Part shown: piece after piece, positions 40,171-52,589 of the stretch
Layout: each line of letters starts with the position of its first letter
Numbering within the stretch: position 1 is the stretch's first letter
Translations under genes and position numbers: made by a program
Assembly (NCBI GenBank): GCA_047967505.1
Contig: CM106538.1
Direction: 5' to 3' (one strand)
DNA from: Dipteris shenzhenensis
Lineage: Eukaryota
Length of the DNA stretch: 64,000 bases
Notes under the pieces: model-generated
What the model saw: only the letters and a program-made list of their open reading frames with translations
What the model was told of the DNA's origin: nothing
Databases searched by the model: none

Positions 40171-41965
40171 ATAGCTCTTTCTATATCTACAGCATATCCA
40201 TCATGAATCAAAGGCAAGCAGATGCTTGTTCACATCACAAGTAGCGGATTTAAGACAGATGTTATTGTGGGTACTACCATTGTGTATGTAAAGTAAATGT
40301 GGAAGCCTAGAAGAAGTAAGGAGGCTCTTTGAGAAAATGTCTCACAGGGAAATGGTGTCATGGAATGCAATGATTGTTGCCTATGTGTAGCATGGGGAAG
40401 AGCAAGAATGCATTCCATCTGTTTGAGAAAATGCAACTAAGGGATTAACAACAAACAAGGTTACATTCACCAGCATACTTTTGTGTATGTGCCAGTCAGA
40501 TGGCCCTTGTTGAAGGCAAAATAATACATGGACACGTAGTGGAAACTAGATTTGAGTTGAATGTTGTTATAGGGACAGCTTTCATAAACATGTATAGCAA
40601 GTGCTATAGCCTGTTGGATACCTGGGGTGTGTTCAAAAGAATATACGAGTCAAACAATGGGACCTTTATAAGCTTTCATTCTGCATCTGCAAGCCATAGA
40701 GCTCTAGAGGAAGGCAAACAATTACTTTATTTTTCAATTAGCAGTGGATATGAGTTGGATGTGGTTGTGGGTACTGCTATTGTCAACATATGTATGGCAA
40801 ATGTGGCAACTTGCAGGATGCATCAATAATGTTTGAGAAAATGCCAAAGCAGAACATAATCTCTTGGAATGCTATGATTGTAGCATATGTCCAGTAGGGG
40901 CAGTCCAAAAAGGCATCCAACTTTCAATGTAGATGTAGAGGGAAGCAAAGGTCCCAAATAAAGCTACCTTTGTCAGCATTTTGGAGGCATGCGCCCAGAA
41001 GAGATTCCTAGTTGAAGGCACACGAATGCATGCTTGCACTTTTTGAGATGGATTTGAGCAAGATGTTGTTGTAAGGACTGTCCTTGTTAACATGTATGCC
41101 AAGTATGGCAACTTAAAAGATGCACGACCACTGTTTAACACTATGTCTCAATAGGATGTGGCCTTGTGGAATGCCATGATTGCAAAATACTGTCAGCATG
41201 AGTTGGGCAAAGAAGCATTTAAACCTTTCAAACATATGCAATAGGAAGTAGCAATGAGATCACATATGTTAACATGCTGTCTGCAAGCGCAAGCCAATCC
41301 ATGTTGAGTGAAGGTAAGATAATGCATACCCAACTTGCATGCTATGGATTCGAGTCAGATCTTACTATGGGAAACACCCTTGTTAACATGTAAGGCAAGT
41401 GTGGTAACCTAGAGGTGGCAATGAATGTATTTGACAAAATACATGAGTGGGACAAGCTCACCTTCATTGGCATTCTTTCAGCTTGTGCCAGTCAGGCAGC
41501 CCTGGTTATAGGAAAGCAAATCCATGCTCACATTGAAAGTTGTGGCTTCAACTTAGATGTTGCAGTTGGAAATGCTCTTATCAGCATGTATGTTAAGTGT
41601 GGGAGGCTAGAGGTGCTAGAAGGACGTTTGATAAGATGCCTGAATAGGATGTTGTCTCATGGACTACCATGATTGCGGTCTATGCATAGTATGGGCATGG
41701 AAAAGATGGCCTTCGATTTTTTCAAGAAATGCAACAGGATAGAGTTATGCCAAATGCAATAACGTATGTCACTATTCTCACTTCTTGCAGCCATGCAGGT
41801 CTAGTGGATGAGGCTTGCATTCACTTCACTTCCATGATTCATGATCATAGCAATACACCGAATGTGGATCATTGTAATTGTATGATAGATATACTTGGGA
41901 GGGCAGGAAGGTTAGAAGAGGTGGAGAATTTGATGGAATCCATCCCTGGCTTGGCCACTTTTAAA
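40170..41965 (+). pseudogene. PLS-class PPR pseudogene, 3' part
   Basis: Repeated GNALISMYVKCG, VSWNAMI and TFIGILSACAS motifs, plus terminal ILTSCSHAGLVDEA...HCNCMIDILGRAGRLEE; many stops and frameshifts. Confidence 0.92.
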
Positions 41966-42760
41966 ATATAGTGCAAAGATTTACCATTGTCTAGAAATAT
42001 ATTATCACTTGGATGCCTTGCATTACCGCCAGCATGCTTCTCAAAAGTCAAACACATTGACAATAATTCAGCCCTTGCAAGTCCTACAGTTACATAAGAT
42101 TCCACCATTTTGTACCACTCCAATAAAAATGACCCCTCCGGTCATATCTTGATAACGGACTCCATATCCTTCAAGCAACCCTGATGATAGTAGTGCCTTC
42201 ATTGTACCTGTTGGCACATCTTTGAGAACAACTTCTTGGTGCATTTATATTTTTGATTTAATTCCGCCATGCGGTGGTGATTCCTTGGGTAAAGTTTGAA
42301 GTTCTCTAGATGTACCCATAGATGTCTTTTGACCCACAGTTACCATTGGACACAGGCAAAGATTCTCATAAGGAAATTGAGGGCCACTAAGAGATGCACT
42401 TCCATCAGACATTGGGAGTTGGTAGCCAAAGAGAGCAGATGTATCCACATCAGTATTAGTTTCAAGATCATCTGTGTGGTGCCTTTCATATGTGAGCACT
42501 TTTAATGATAATATTCCACAGTCCACTCTTCGACCATGAAGCATTTCGGAAGAAACTCCATCTTCCATGGTACAGGTCATTCGATTGCTGCCAATGTTAC
42601 ATCTTGAGTCCCATCTCTTGACTCCAATTCAAGATGGAATTGATTTGTTTCTTCTAGTCATATAGGTCTGATTGTTGATAGGAGACAATAATTTGCCTTG
42701 GCCTTGGGTAATTGTCGTGATGATGCAGGTCTACTTAAAGCTCTTTGTAATGGTAAAATT
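41965..42760 (-). pseudogene. Fragment of a Tify-binding-domain (TDBD) gene, IDM1-like PHD/acetyltransferase family
   Basis: PTGTMKALLSSGLLEGYGVRY...GVVQNGGILCNCRTCKG and FEKHAGGNARHPSDNIFLDNGKSL; stop at 42245 and a frameshift near 42060. Confidence 0.75.
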
Positions 42761-43419
42761 GCTTCTATCTCATGTTTGCTCGTGTCATTGCATTAATCTA
42801 TGCTATCATCATTAAGTTGTCATTGCATTTTTCTTTTCCAATCTGATAAATTAATTTTTTGAAAATAAAATATGTGGTTTTTAAAAAAATGCAAAGTGCT
42901 ATTTAATTACATAATACAATAATTAGTTGTTATCTCATTTTTAAAATTCAAATTCAAGATTACCTTTTTTGAATTCCAATGTTTGTAAAATGTCTTCAAC
43001 TTTAGCATAGTGCTATTCTATTTATAAAATGCAAAATGCCATCTAGTTATGTAATACAATATGCTATCTAGTTATGTAATACGATAATTGGCTATCTCAT
43101 TTCTAAAATTTAAATTTAAGATCACATTTCTTTGTAAAATGTCTTCAAATTTATTTTATAGCCCTATTCAATTGGTAATTTACAAGTCGTTAATTGGACT
43201 ATGATTTAGGACAACAAAAATACAATGGGTACTTCAATGCTAGCATTTAACTAATTTCACAAACATGAAAACATCAATTAATATTCAAATAACAAAAATT
43301 TCTCATGGTAATTAATCAATAAATTTCTTGAGCAATAGAACATTTCTTAATTCATTATGAAGATGCTATTTTGTGTATTTAATAATAAATTATATTTTAA
43401 CATTATTACCTAAATGAAA

Positions 43420-44690
43420 AGTGCTATGTATGCCAAATTCAATTGCTACATGCTATATGCTAAATGCAAACTGATATGAACCCAAGGAAGGGCGTGTTTC
43501 GTGGTCTTCTAATTTTTGGAGAGAAAGCATGCCAACTCTCCCCCCACACTATACGTGTGGTTATGTGCTAAATGCAAAGTACTATGTGCAAAATGCAAAG
43601 TGTTATGTGCAAAATTCAAATTGCTAAGTGCTAAATTGAAACTTCCTTGTACTAAGTGCAATCACCCAAGAAAGGGCACGTTTATTGGTTCTTATAATTT
43701 TAGGAGAGGAAGCATGTAAACTCTCCTCCCACACATATTTGTGGTTATGATACGTGCAGAATGCAAAGAGCTAATTACTATGTGCTATATTCAAATTGCT
43801 ATATGCTATATTCAAACTAGTATCAACTAAGGTAGAGGTGTTATAAATTCTATGTGTGAAATACAAAGTGTTAAATAGATATTGCTACGTGCTATATGGG
43901 CAAATCGAAATGAATAAGAAGACGAATTCTACTGAAGTGTCCAACAAATGTAAAGTGTCATGTACCAAATGCAAAGTGCTATGTGCTAATCTAAAATTGC
44001 TATGTGCTAGATACAAATTGATATGGACCAAGGAAAGGCACGTTCCTTGGTCTTATAATTTTTGGAGAGGAAGTGTGCCAACTCTGCCGACTCAAATGTG
44101 TGGTTGTGTGCTAAATGCAAAGTGCTATATGCCACATTCAAAATGCTTTGCAAAAAAAAAAAAGTACTTTTTGGCAAATGCAAATTAAAATGAATAGGAA
44201 GAAAAATTCTACTGAAGTGTCTAACAAGTGCAAAGTGTTGTATACCAAATGGAAAGTGCTATGTGCTAAACTCAAATTGTTATGTGCTATATGCAAATTG
44301 CTATGTGCTAGGTACAAATTGATATGAACCCAAGGAAGGGCATGTTCCTTACTTTTATAAATTTTGGAGAGGAACTTTGCCAACTCTCCCCTTACACAAA
44401 TGTGTGGTTATGTGCTAAATGCAAAGTACTATAAGCCAAATGCAAACTTCTATATGCCAGATTCAAAATGTTATGTGCAAAATTAAAAGTGCTTTCTGGC
44501 AAATGAAAATTGAAATGAACCCAAAGAATGGCACATTCCTTGGTCTTATAATTTTGGAGAGGAAGTGTGGTAACTCTCCCCTCACATAAATGTGTGGTCA
44601 TGTGCTAGATGCAAAGTACTATGTGCAGATTGTAAAATGCTATGTGCCAAATTCAAATTGCTATGTGCTAATTCAATTTTCTAAAACCGA
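43420..44690. repeat. Composite tandem repeat: 21-bp AAATGCAAAGTGCTATGTGCT units interspersed with a longer CCAAGGAAGGGCA...TTATAATTTTGGAGAGGAAG...AACTCTCCC block
   Basis: The long block recurs at ~43480, 43665, 44028, 44329 and 44520; the KCKVLCA periodicity in the ORF track reflects the 21-mer. Confidence 0.85.
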
Positions 44691-44849
44691 GCATGTCCCT
44701 CTATTCTTGCATTATCTATCTCTATGCTTTCTCTTTCTTGATGTGGTTATTATGTAAATTGGTGGAGGCACTGGCCAAGGAGTTGAAACTGCAAAGCAAG
44801 TTTCTCCTTCATGTAAAGTGGCATTGGACCTTCTACTACTTTGCTTTCA

Positions 44850-46760
44850 AAAGTGATACAATCAAATATGCATGTTGCTAATTCAATAGCACACTTGACC
44901 TCAAGACAAGTCTCAAATCTTGGTCATGATTCTAGTGTCCGACCTAAGCCTCTATCTATGGGTGGATGATTTCTCTAATCTTGCCTAATATCACCAACGA
45001 TCATATGCTCAAAATCAAAGAAACAAAAGTGTCATTCCAAAGCATGGTACCATCAACTTGAAGATGTTGTAAAGCATTCTTGGACACACTTACAAAGAAC
45101 TCTTAGAAGTGCATTTGGGAGCACAGACATGGTAAAAAATGCACTAACACAATTGCATGAGCATAGCCAAGTAACCACAAAGACAATTTCCCAATTCAAT
45201 GTGAAGATGACAAATCTATTGCTTTGAGTGGATCTGTACATGATCAAGGATCGTAAAATTTTTCTTGTGGCCACGACTACGTTCTTATATTTTACATCAT
45301 ACGCAAGAGCAAGGACCCAAGATGCTGATTGAATCTCTTTTAATTGCTGACAAGTTTTTCCCAATCCTTTATCCTTTATTGCCTATCCCTTACAATTTTG
45401 TACCAACTCCTATGGATATTGAACTTACACAAGTGCACAAAGTTTTAATAATTAAACCACATTGTTTTCATTGTAATAAAAATGGTCATGTGGGAAAATA
45501 TTGTTGACTACCCCATTCAATGTAGAATTTGCAAGTTTAGGACTGCTCTACTTATTTAGTCCCAAGAAAAGAGCATCTGAAGTCATGAGGGAGGATCCGC
45601 CTTAAAAACAATTTAGTCTTCCTCATCCTCATGATTGAATCCCAATTTCATCAGTAGCCATTACTCATTCTAATTCATTCTAGCAATTCTTTGACAACTT
45701 CCTATATCTCATTTGTCCACCATGAAATTTGATACCAATATACTATCCTCCTAAGATCCGTCACATTTGGAGATAACATAACCTCTGTCAAAATCTTTTA
45801 GAGTGAAGATAGAAATATAGTTAGCAAATTCAATGCACGTTGTTACTACTAGAGTTTTTCCTAATTTCAAATTTCTCCTAACCTTAGGTTGCAATTGATT
45901 TCCAACATAAGTGTCTACAATTCCCAAATTGGCCAAGTATTCCTTAGCTCTACTCTAAAAAGCCATGTCTTTTCTATAGTTGTTCAAAAATATCTTTTTG
46001 CCAAGCCCAAGTCCTATGGATACTCTCCTCTTTTCCAAATGAATTTGCCACTAATATATCAACAAAAAAACTACAAGTATCTACCATGAAATTCCCATAG
46101 GAAATTCAAGGCCGATAACAACAACTCAATGATGGTGGTCTAGCAAGAAAATATTAGTGTTGTGGGAACATGTCAACCCTATGCTACATGACAAAGTAAT
46201 TCAACATTCAAAAAGTCATTGGGATTGGGAATCTCACTTGGCCAAAAAGCCAAAACTCCTATAGATTTTTTTTCACTTTTGGCCACGCTCAATAAAGTCA
46301 TCATTCAAGACAAATTTCCTCTTTCTTAACTAGACAATATCCTCCATTCACTTGTACATTCCAAGTTCTTCACAAATTTAGATTTAAAGTATAGGTATCA
46401 AGATAGAGGGTCAACCTAAGACAACATTCTACTCTACATTTAGTCTCTATCAGTTGACTTAAATAATGCCTTGAGTACTTTTCAATAGATAATGACTTTT
46501 TTCCTACACACAACTTTATTGTCCAAGGCAAGGTACTTGTCTTCCTTGATGATGTTCTTGTTCACACAATAATAGGGGACAAGCAAGCATGTTCTATGAC
46601 AAGTCTTACATGTGCTTCATAGCTACAAACTTTGACTCGATCCTCAAAAATACAAATGGACACAATCCAAGTTCCCTTGATTCGAAAAATTAAGCCTACA
46701 TTCCTAACTTTGGAGATCAAGAGCTTCACATAGCAGATGGAATAAAGGAAAGGATAGCTA
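44850..46760 (+). mobile_element. Highly decayed Gypsy gag-protease-RT
   Basis: PTPMDIE...CFHCNKNGHVGKYC knuckle; LNKVIIQDKFP, FFTNLDLK and VLVFLDDVLV RT motifs. Confidence 0.75.
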
Positions 46761-46939
46761 CACAACTATCATTAACTATTCCACGTATGTGCAGTCCGCT
46801 TAACAAGAGAAAGCAAGCCAAACTAATTATTTAGTCCCAGCACATCTAAGGCTCTGCAGTCCTCTCCCAAGACGTACTCGAGAAGCTAGACCACAAAAGT
46901 AGGTAAAAATTCCTACCTAAAGGTGTCATTTCTACACTA

Positions 46940-47175
46940 TTAAATGGCATTTTCATGCTGCTATTTCCACATGCGCCATTTTTTGGAAATGGCAACTAAA
47001 AGTGCCATACATTTTTACCATTTTCATGTATGAAATGGCAACTGAGAGTGCCATATTTTTTTCATTTTTATGTATGAAATGGAAATCAAAAGTGATTTTG
47101 AAAATGGCAATTAAAAGTGCCATTTTTTATGTATGAAATGGGAACAAAAAGTGTCATATACTTTTGCCATTTTTG
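46940..47175. repeat. Short repeats AAATGGCAACTAAAAGTGCCAT
   Basis: About 5 variant copies, each with a TGGCA/TGCCA inverted core. Confidence 0.7.
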
Positions 47176-47317
47176 GCCTGCCATGAAGTAGGTCTTAGTG
47201 AAGATGATTCCCAAGAAGAGAAAGATCGTCATTTTTTTATTTTCAAAAAATCATGAGTTGTTTTATGATCCACTTACTATTTTCTTTTCTACAAATCCTC
47301 CATATTTTTAGCCCCTC

Positions 47318-47340
47318 CTTCTCTCTCCCTCCCTCCCTCC

Positions 47341-47399
<59 letters not shown>
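47318..47399. repeat. Poly(C) plus (CT)n microsatellite
   Basis: Direct reading. Confidence 0.95.
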
Positions 47400-47549
47400 C
47401 AGTGGTATTCTGTGGTCCTCTACTGTGTAAGCTTTGAAGTGCTTGGGAACTTGACACAAATCAATCTCTTCCTCATCCCCTTTATCTTCTATAGCTTCTG
47501 GAGCAATTTGCTTTCCCTTGCACATGGTCTTAGTGTCCTTGGCTGTTGA

Positions 47550-49410
47550 GGCCTTGGTTTTTTAGAGTAATTTGTCCTTTGCAAGAGGCATCTTTGCAAG
47601 AGGAGCTTCTTTGACTTTAAGGGAACCGAGGGGGTTCTTTATCCTATTTAATCTAGCTCCCTAGTTTGAGGAGAACCTGTGGTGTGCTCTAACTACACCC
47701 ACATATCTCATCCAATGAAGGTCTGTCTTCACTTTCCTTACACTTGATCATCAGTGGGGGCTCTTAGGAAATTTATCATGTTAAGGGGAACTACCATACC
47801 CAGTCCCTTAGGATCATAGGCCACCATCTTGGTCCCTATCTTTTCAAATGCATCTATAGGTGCCAAGACATGCATCTCTAGCTCCTCGCAGCAAGGCATA
47901 CCAATACTCATCCCAGTCCTCACCCATATCTTTTTCATTACATGCTTGGAACACATTCACACGGGTAGTTTTCAGAGTTGTGTCTGACTCGGTTGCAAAC
48001 AGATTGCCAATCATGGGACGTGCCTTCCAAGTCTCTAGGTCAACTCTTACAATTTGCTGATCCTTGTGCAGATAAATCCAATTAGGGGCCAAGTAATGTA
48101 CTAAGCCTGGTTGCATGCATAAAAGGTCTACCTAGGATGACATTGTAGCCATCTGGCTACCCATGGAAATCCATTACCACCATAAACTAGACTTGGTAGC
48201 CGACGAAGTGCTATTTGCAACTATCTCATCCACCTTATCCAAGGTGCTTTGCGGCTCCCCTTGACACTTGATGATTGGAATTGATGGTATCCATATAATT
48301 AAGAATCTTTATTCATTGCTCAAATCTTTCCTGACAACAATCTCAGACTAACCACTATGCTTTGACTAGGCGTTCCTTCTCTGTGGTCTAGGTCGAGGTA
48401 TTTGTTTTGGTCCCTTAGTCTTGTGTCTCACCTTTGTGGCTGTGCTTCACTTGCTTTTCCCTTCACCTTGGACCATAGTACAATGGGTTCCACTATTGAT
48501 CATCCGGGTATAGATGATCCACCCCACAACCGGAACACAATGGGCTGTTCGATTTGGTTGTGGTTGACCAACGCGGGGGTTGCTCATTTAGTGTATGGGC
48601 AATCCTTAAGTAAGTGAGTTCCTTGACATTTATAGTAGGCTATGGCTTGTGATTATTCGTACAAACATTCAATCGCGTGGTGCGGACCTTGGCAAGTATA
48701 ACACTGGATTGCCATTCTGCAATTCTTGACGTTCATGTCCCTAGCTCGTTGTGTTGTAGGAGTCGTCTGATATACTAGGATGTATTGCTCGTCTTGTATC
48801 ACGCAATGACTAATCTGACTAGTTTGACAAATAGGACTCTTATTGGGAGATGGCTCAGATGCCGATAAGGCATAGTCAAAGTCCTCCCACTCGCTTGGTG
48901 GCTCCTCAATGATTACCTGGTGCATGGGAGTAATCCACGGTGGTGGGGGTTGTGGACCTAGAATTGGCAATGGCAGTGGCAAATTTTGAGCCCAAAATGG
49001 CACTTGGTTGGCCTGGGGGCCTCCTTGTAAGGCTCATTGGCCCTGATTGTATTGATTAGGTGGTGCCAGTAAGGACAGGGCCTGACAAGGGTTGCCTTTG
49101 TTGGTACATGGTCGGGGCATAGACTTAGGGTAACCGCATTGTGATGTTTCATGATTTCCCCACCTAGCACAGTGCGTAAAGTAGAGTGCTGGATTGGCTC
49201 ATAGGTAAGGGCACTCATTAGTCGCGTGGTTGCCTTCTATGAATATCCCACACCACACATTGTACCGTCTTGGAAACAAGTGTGGATTACTTGGGCCTTC
49301 CTTGCCCAGCCCACCCTTGAGCTATTGGGCTATGCTGTTCCTGATAGTGGAAGTGAGAGAAAGAGAGAGAGAGAAAGAGGAGTGCGCGCGATATAGCTAC
49401 CTGTACACCA
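47550..49410 (-). mobile_element. Decayed LTR retrotransposon gag/protease region (Gypsy-like)
   Basis: CYTCQGPHHAIEC knuckle, a second degenerate knuckle and protease-like remnants; PBS-like TGGTG at 49410-49406 next to a TG...CA segment. Confidence 0.55.
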
Positions 49411-49521
49411 TGTTGTATTGAACATGAACATGAATATATACATGTGAACCCCTTAGGGTTAGGGTTAGGGTTTGCCCCTATGCCCTAGAGGTATGGTGCA
49501 ATTTACACCCCATCCTCAACA
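49411..49521 (-). repeat. Putative 111-bp LTR containing (TTAGGG)3
   Basis: TGTTG...CAACA termini; PBS-like sequence on one side and PPT-like AAGAGGGGG (49522-49530, minus strand) on the other. Only one copy in the window. Confidence 0.5.
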
Positions 49522-50261
49522 CCCCCTCTTATATTGCACTGGTAGTTGTGCATGTACTGGGTAAGTAGAGGGTGCATGTACAAGACCTTTTCGTGGATTT
49601 CATTTAGTGCATTTGATAGCATCCAAAACTAAAAAGAAAATTGAAAGAAATTAGAGTAGTATGTGCATATGTGAGCACTGTGACTAAATAGCGGAAGCAT
49701 GTACAATGAGTACAACTTAAAATCCTATACATAACATGGATTTCCACCTCTTAAGTTGTGGCTCATCCTTCGCCTTTGGGAAAAATCCAAAAGATAGGTC
49801 GAAGGGAAGAGGAAAGAAATATGCAGAAAGTAAACTCCACCTGGATCAAATATTGGTCGATCAAAAGGTGACTTCATGAATGACAGTGTGTATGGTTGCA
49901 TGCCAAACATGTCAAAGCTAAGCATGTCGTGTGTCATCATGGATTGTGTAGTTGCTCTGTATAAGAGGCATTTGGATGTGAAGCTAGTCAGTGTAGCAAT
50001 GGAGAAAGAATCTAGTAGTTGTGACATATGAGGGTGTCACCAACCCAAAAGAATTGATAGCAATGTGTGAGGTATACTGCAATAGAGCTATAATCTTTGT
50101 CGAATGATGTGAGTCCGAAGAAGACCGCATAGTTGGTGTGGCCAGAGTGATCCAGGGGCTTCATAAAAGATGGGGCTGAAGGTGCATGTATGATACACTA
50201 CTCTCCTAAAGAAGAGTCTTGTACAAATGATAAGGTATGGCAAAATGTACAAGAGAAGGCC

Positions 50262-50515
50262 ATTCCCCTCCCCTTCCCTTCCTCCCCTCCCCCTCCCCCT
50301 CCTCTCCCCTTCTCCCCTCTTCACCCTGCCCTTCCCTTCTCTTCCCCTTCCCTTCCCTTCCCCTTCCCCTTCCCTTCCCTTCCCCCTCCTTCCCCTCTCT
50401 CTCCCTCCCCTTCCCTTCCCCCTTCCTTTCCTTCCCCTTTCCTTCCCTTCCCTTCTCCCTCCCTCTCCCTTTCCCCTTCCTTTCCCTTTCTCTCTCTTTC
50501 CCCCTCCCTCCCCTC
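50262..50515. repeat. (CCCTT)-rich polypyrimidine tract
   Basis: About 250 bp almost entirely C/T. Confidence 0.9.
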
Positions 50516-50749
50516 AATCAACACCTGCAGCATGAATCCCACATCGACATGGATGAACTAAAAGCCCCATGGGCATGTTTGTGCCATGTGGGCAAGTGCA
50601 ATGCATCGGTCCCACTATATAGTAATGGACTTCCATGAATGGACCACAGGCAAATTCATGCCATGTGTGCATACATGTGCAATGTCTTGTGACACCAAAT
50701 CTATCAAATTTTAGAGTTTTTAAACTCTCAAAATGTGTTTATTAATACT

Positions 50750-51731
50750 GTTATGATATCTTGAAGATTTTAGAGGACTCTTAGACGATCCAGCCGATAG
50801 TAGCTCTACTCCACCTGTTGTCACAACACCAGTAGCGGGATCTACAGTGGGATCTCCAGCTACACAATCAGTTTTTGCACCTATAGCAGATCTTGCCATT
50901 GCTTGAGCACAAGCAGAATGGGATAAGAAAGATAAGTACGCATATCATCTGATCAAGAAGAATGTGCAAGATGTTATGCTCAGACAGCTCAACACCGTCA
51001 AGACATTGAAAGAAGCATGGGATATGTTTGTAGCTCTCTACGAGTCCAAGAACACCTCCAGGATTCTCACACTGAGAAACCAAATCAACTAGAGTTTTCA
51101 CAATAGCAACAAAACCGGTCATGCTTATGTACTCTGGATCAAAGACTACAACAATCAACTCGTAGCAGTAGGCAGAAGAGACTATGAATCCAACAGAAAT
51201 GGTTCAAGTCATCCTGAATGGACTAGGAGAGGGATATGAGAATCTAGTCCAAAGTATTGCCATTCAACGGCAGATTTTGACACTAGAAGAACTTCTGTCA
51301 GTCTTACTTGGTGAAGAACTCATGACTCAGGCCATTCATGCACTCAAAGGTCATTCTAATGATCAGGCATTCACAACTTCATACAGAGGTAGAGGCAGAG
51401 GCAGAGGTAGATCATTCCAAAGAAGTGGTCATCATCAGCAACAGAGTCATCAGCAAAGTCAGCATCATCCTCAGCAACATTAGAATCAACAAAGAGGAAA
51501 TCATTCCAACTGAGGAAGATTCCAAGGACGAGGGAATGCATCCACCAACGTGTCAAACATTCAGTGCAACTATAGTCATAAGTTTGGACACTATGAAAGA
51601 GATTGCCGCCGCAAGAAGAAGTACGACCAAGGCGGTCAATCCAGCAGTAATCGAGGGAATTTTTGCGATAAAGGAAATCATCATGGTGGACATTCTAGTC
51701 ATAGTCATTTTGCAAATGAACATGGAAATAT
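50750..51731 (+). mobile_element. Decayed Copia element, gag part (split by the Sola2-type insertion)
   Basis: EWDKKDKYAYHLI, EAWDMFVALYE, ILNGLGEGYENLV, RGRGRGR and CNYSHKFGHYERDC. Confidence 0.88.
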
Positions 51732-51760
51732 GGGTGGTAGCAAGCTAAGGGTGTCCACTT
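51732..51760 (+). repeat. Left TIR
   Basis: GGGTGGTAGCAAGCTAAGGGTGTCCACTT. Confidence 0.95.
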
Positions 51761-51829
51761 CCGGACCACTTTCGGGTGAGTGTGACACCCGCTCGAGTGA
51801 AAATACAAAGGTTTTGCTTCGGTCTCCAA

Positions 51830-52470
51830 TACCTTGATCGAGGTATTAGCTCCAATGAAAATCGCACACGAGGACAACCGAGCCAAGCCAATACCTCGAT
51901 CGAGGTACTGGGCTTTTTTCACCGGACCGAGCCTCTACCTTGATCGAGATTTGCTGGCAAGCCACCTATACATGCCACATCTACCTCGTTCGAGGTATTC
52001 TGGCAATCCAGCTCCGAGGTAAGGTGGCATGTCCAGCATACCTCGATCGAGGTATGTGCCATCCGACATACCTCGATCGAGGTATGCTGGTGGACCGATG
52101 ACTTGGCATCCGGCTGCTGCCAACATACCTCGATCGAGGTATCGTGGCATGTCAATACCTCCATCGACGTGGATGTACCGAGATGTATGGGCATGTCACA
52201 ATACCTCGATCGAGGTATCGTGGCATGTCAATACCTCCATCGATGTGGATGTACCGAGATGTATGGGCATGTCACAATACCTCGATCGAGGTATCGTGGC
52301 ATGTCAATACCTCGATCGAGGTAGATGTACCGAGATGTATGGGCATGTCACAATACCTCGATCGAGGTATCGTGGCATGCATGCAGAATACCTCGATCGA
52401 GGTAGCTAAACCCTAATTTTTCTTATAAAAGGAGAGCGACCCCCCTCATTCCGCATACCTCGATCGAGCT
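51830..52470. repeat. Left subterminal array of the 16-bp palindrome TACCTCGATCGAGGTA (~15 copies), including a 76-bp unit repeated three times
   Basis: Perfect or near-perfect copies at ~51830, 51893, 51983, 52039, 52069, 52126, 52202, 52278, 52308, 52354, 52389 and 52456. Confidence 0.92.
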
Positions 52471-52589
52471 CCTCCTCATCCACCGATTTCGAATTTGCGG
52501 GACGTCGACGGAATTGCGCGAGCGACGGAGAGCCACCAACGGACATCGACGGAGATGGACGGAGCTGGAGCGGGAGAGTCCAGGTAGGG

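Noticed and set aside
51830-52470. CRISPR-like array of palindromic repeats with spacers
   Set aside because: The repeat is only 16 bp, the spacers are irregular and themselves repeated, there are no cas genes, and the context is a eukaryotic transposon end.
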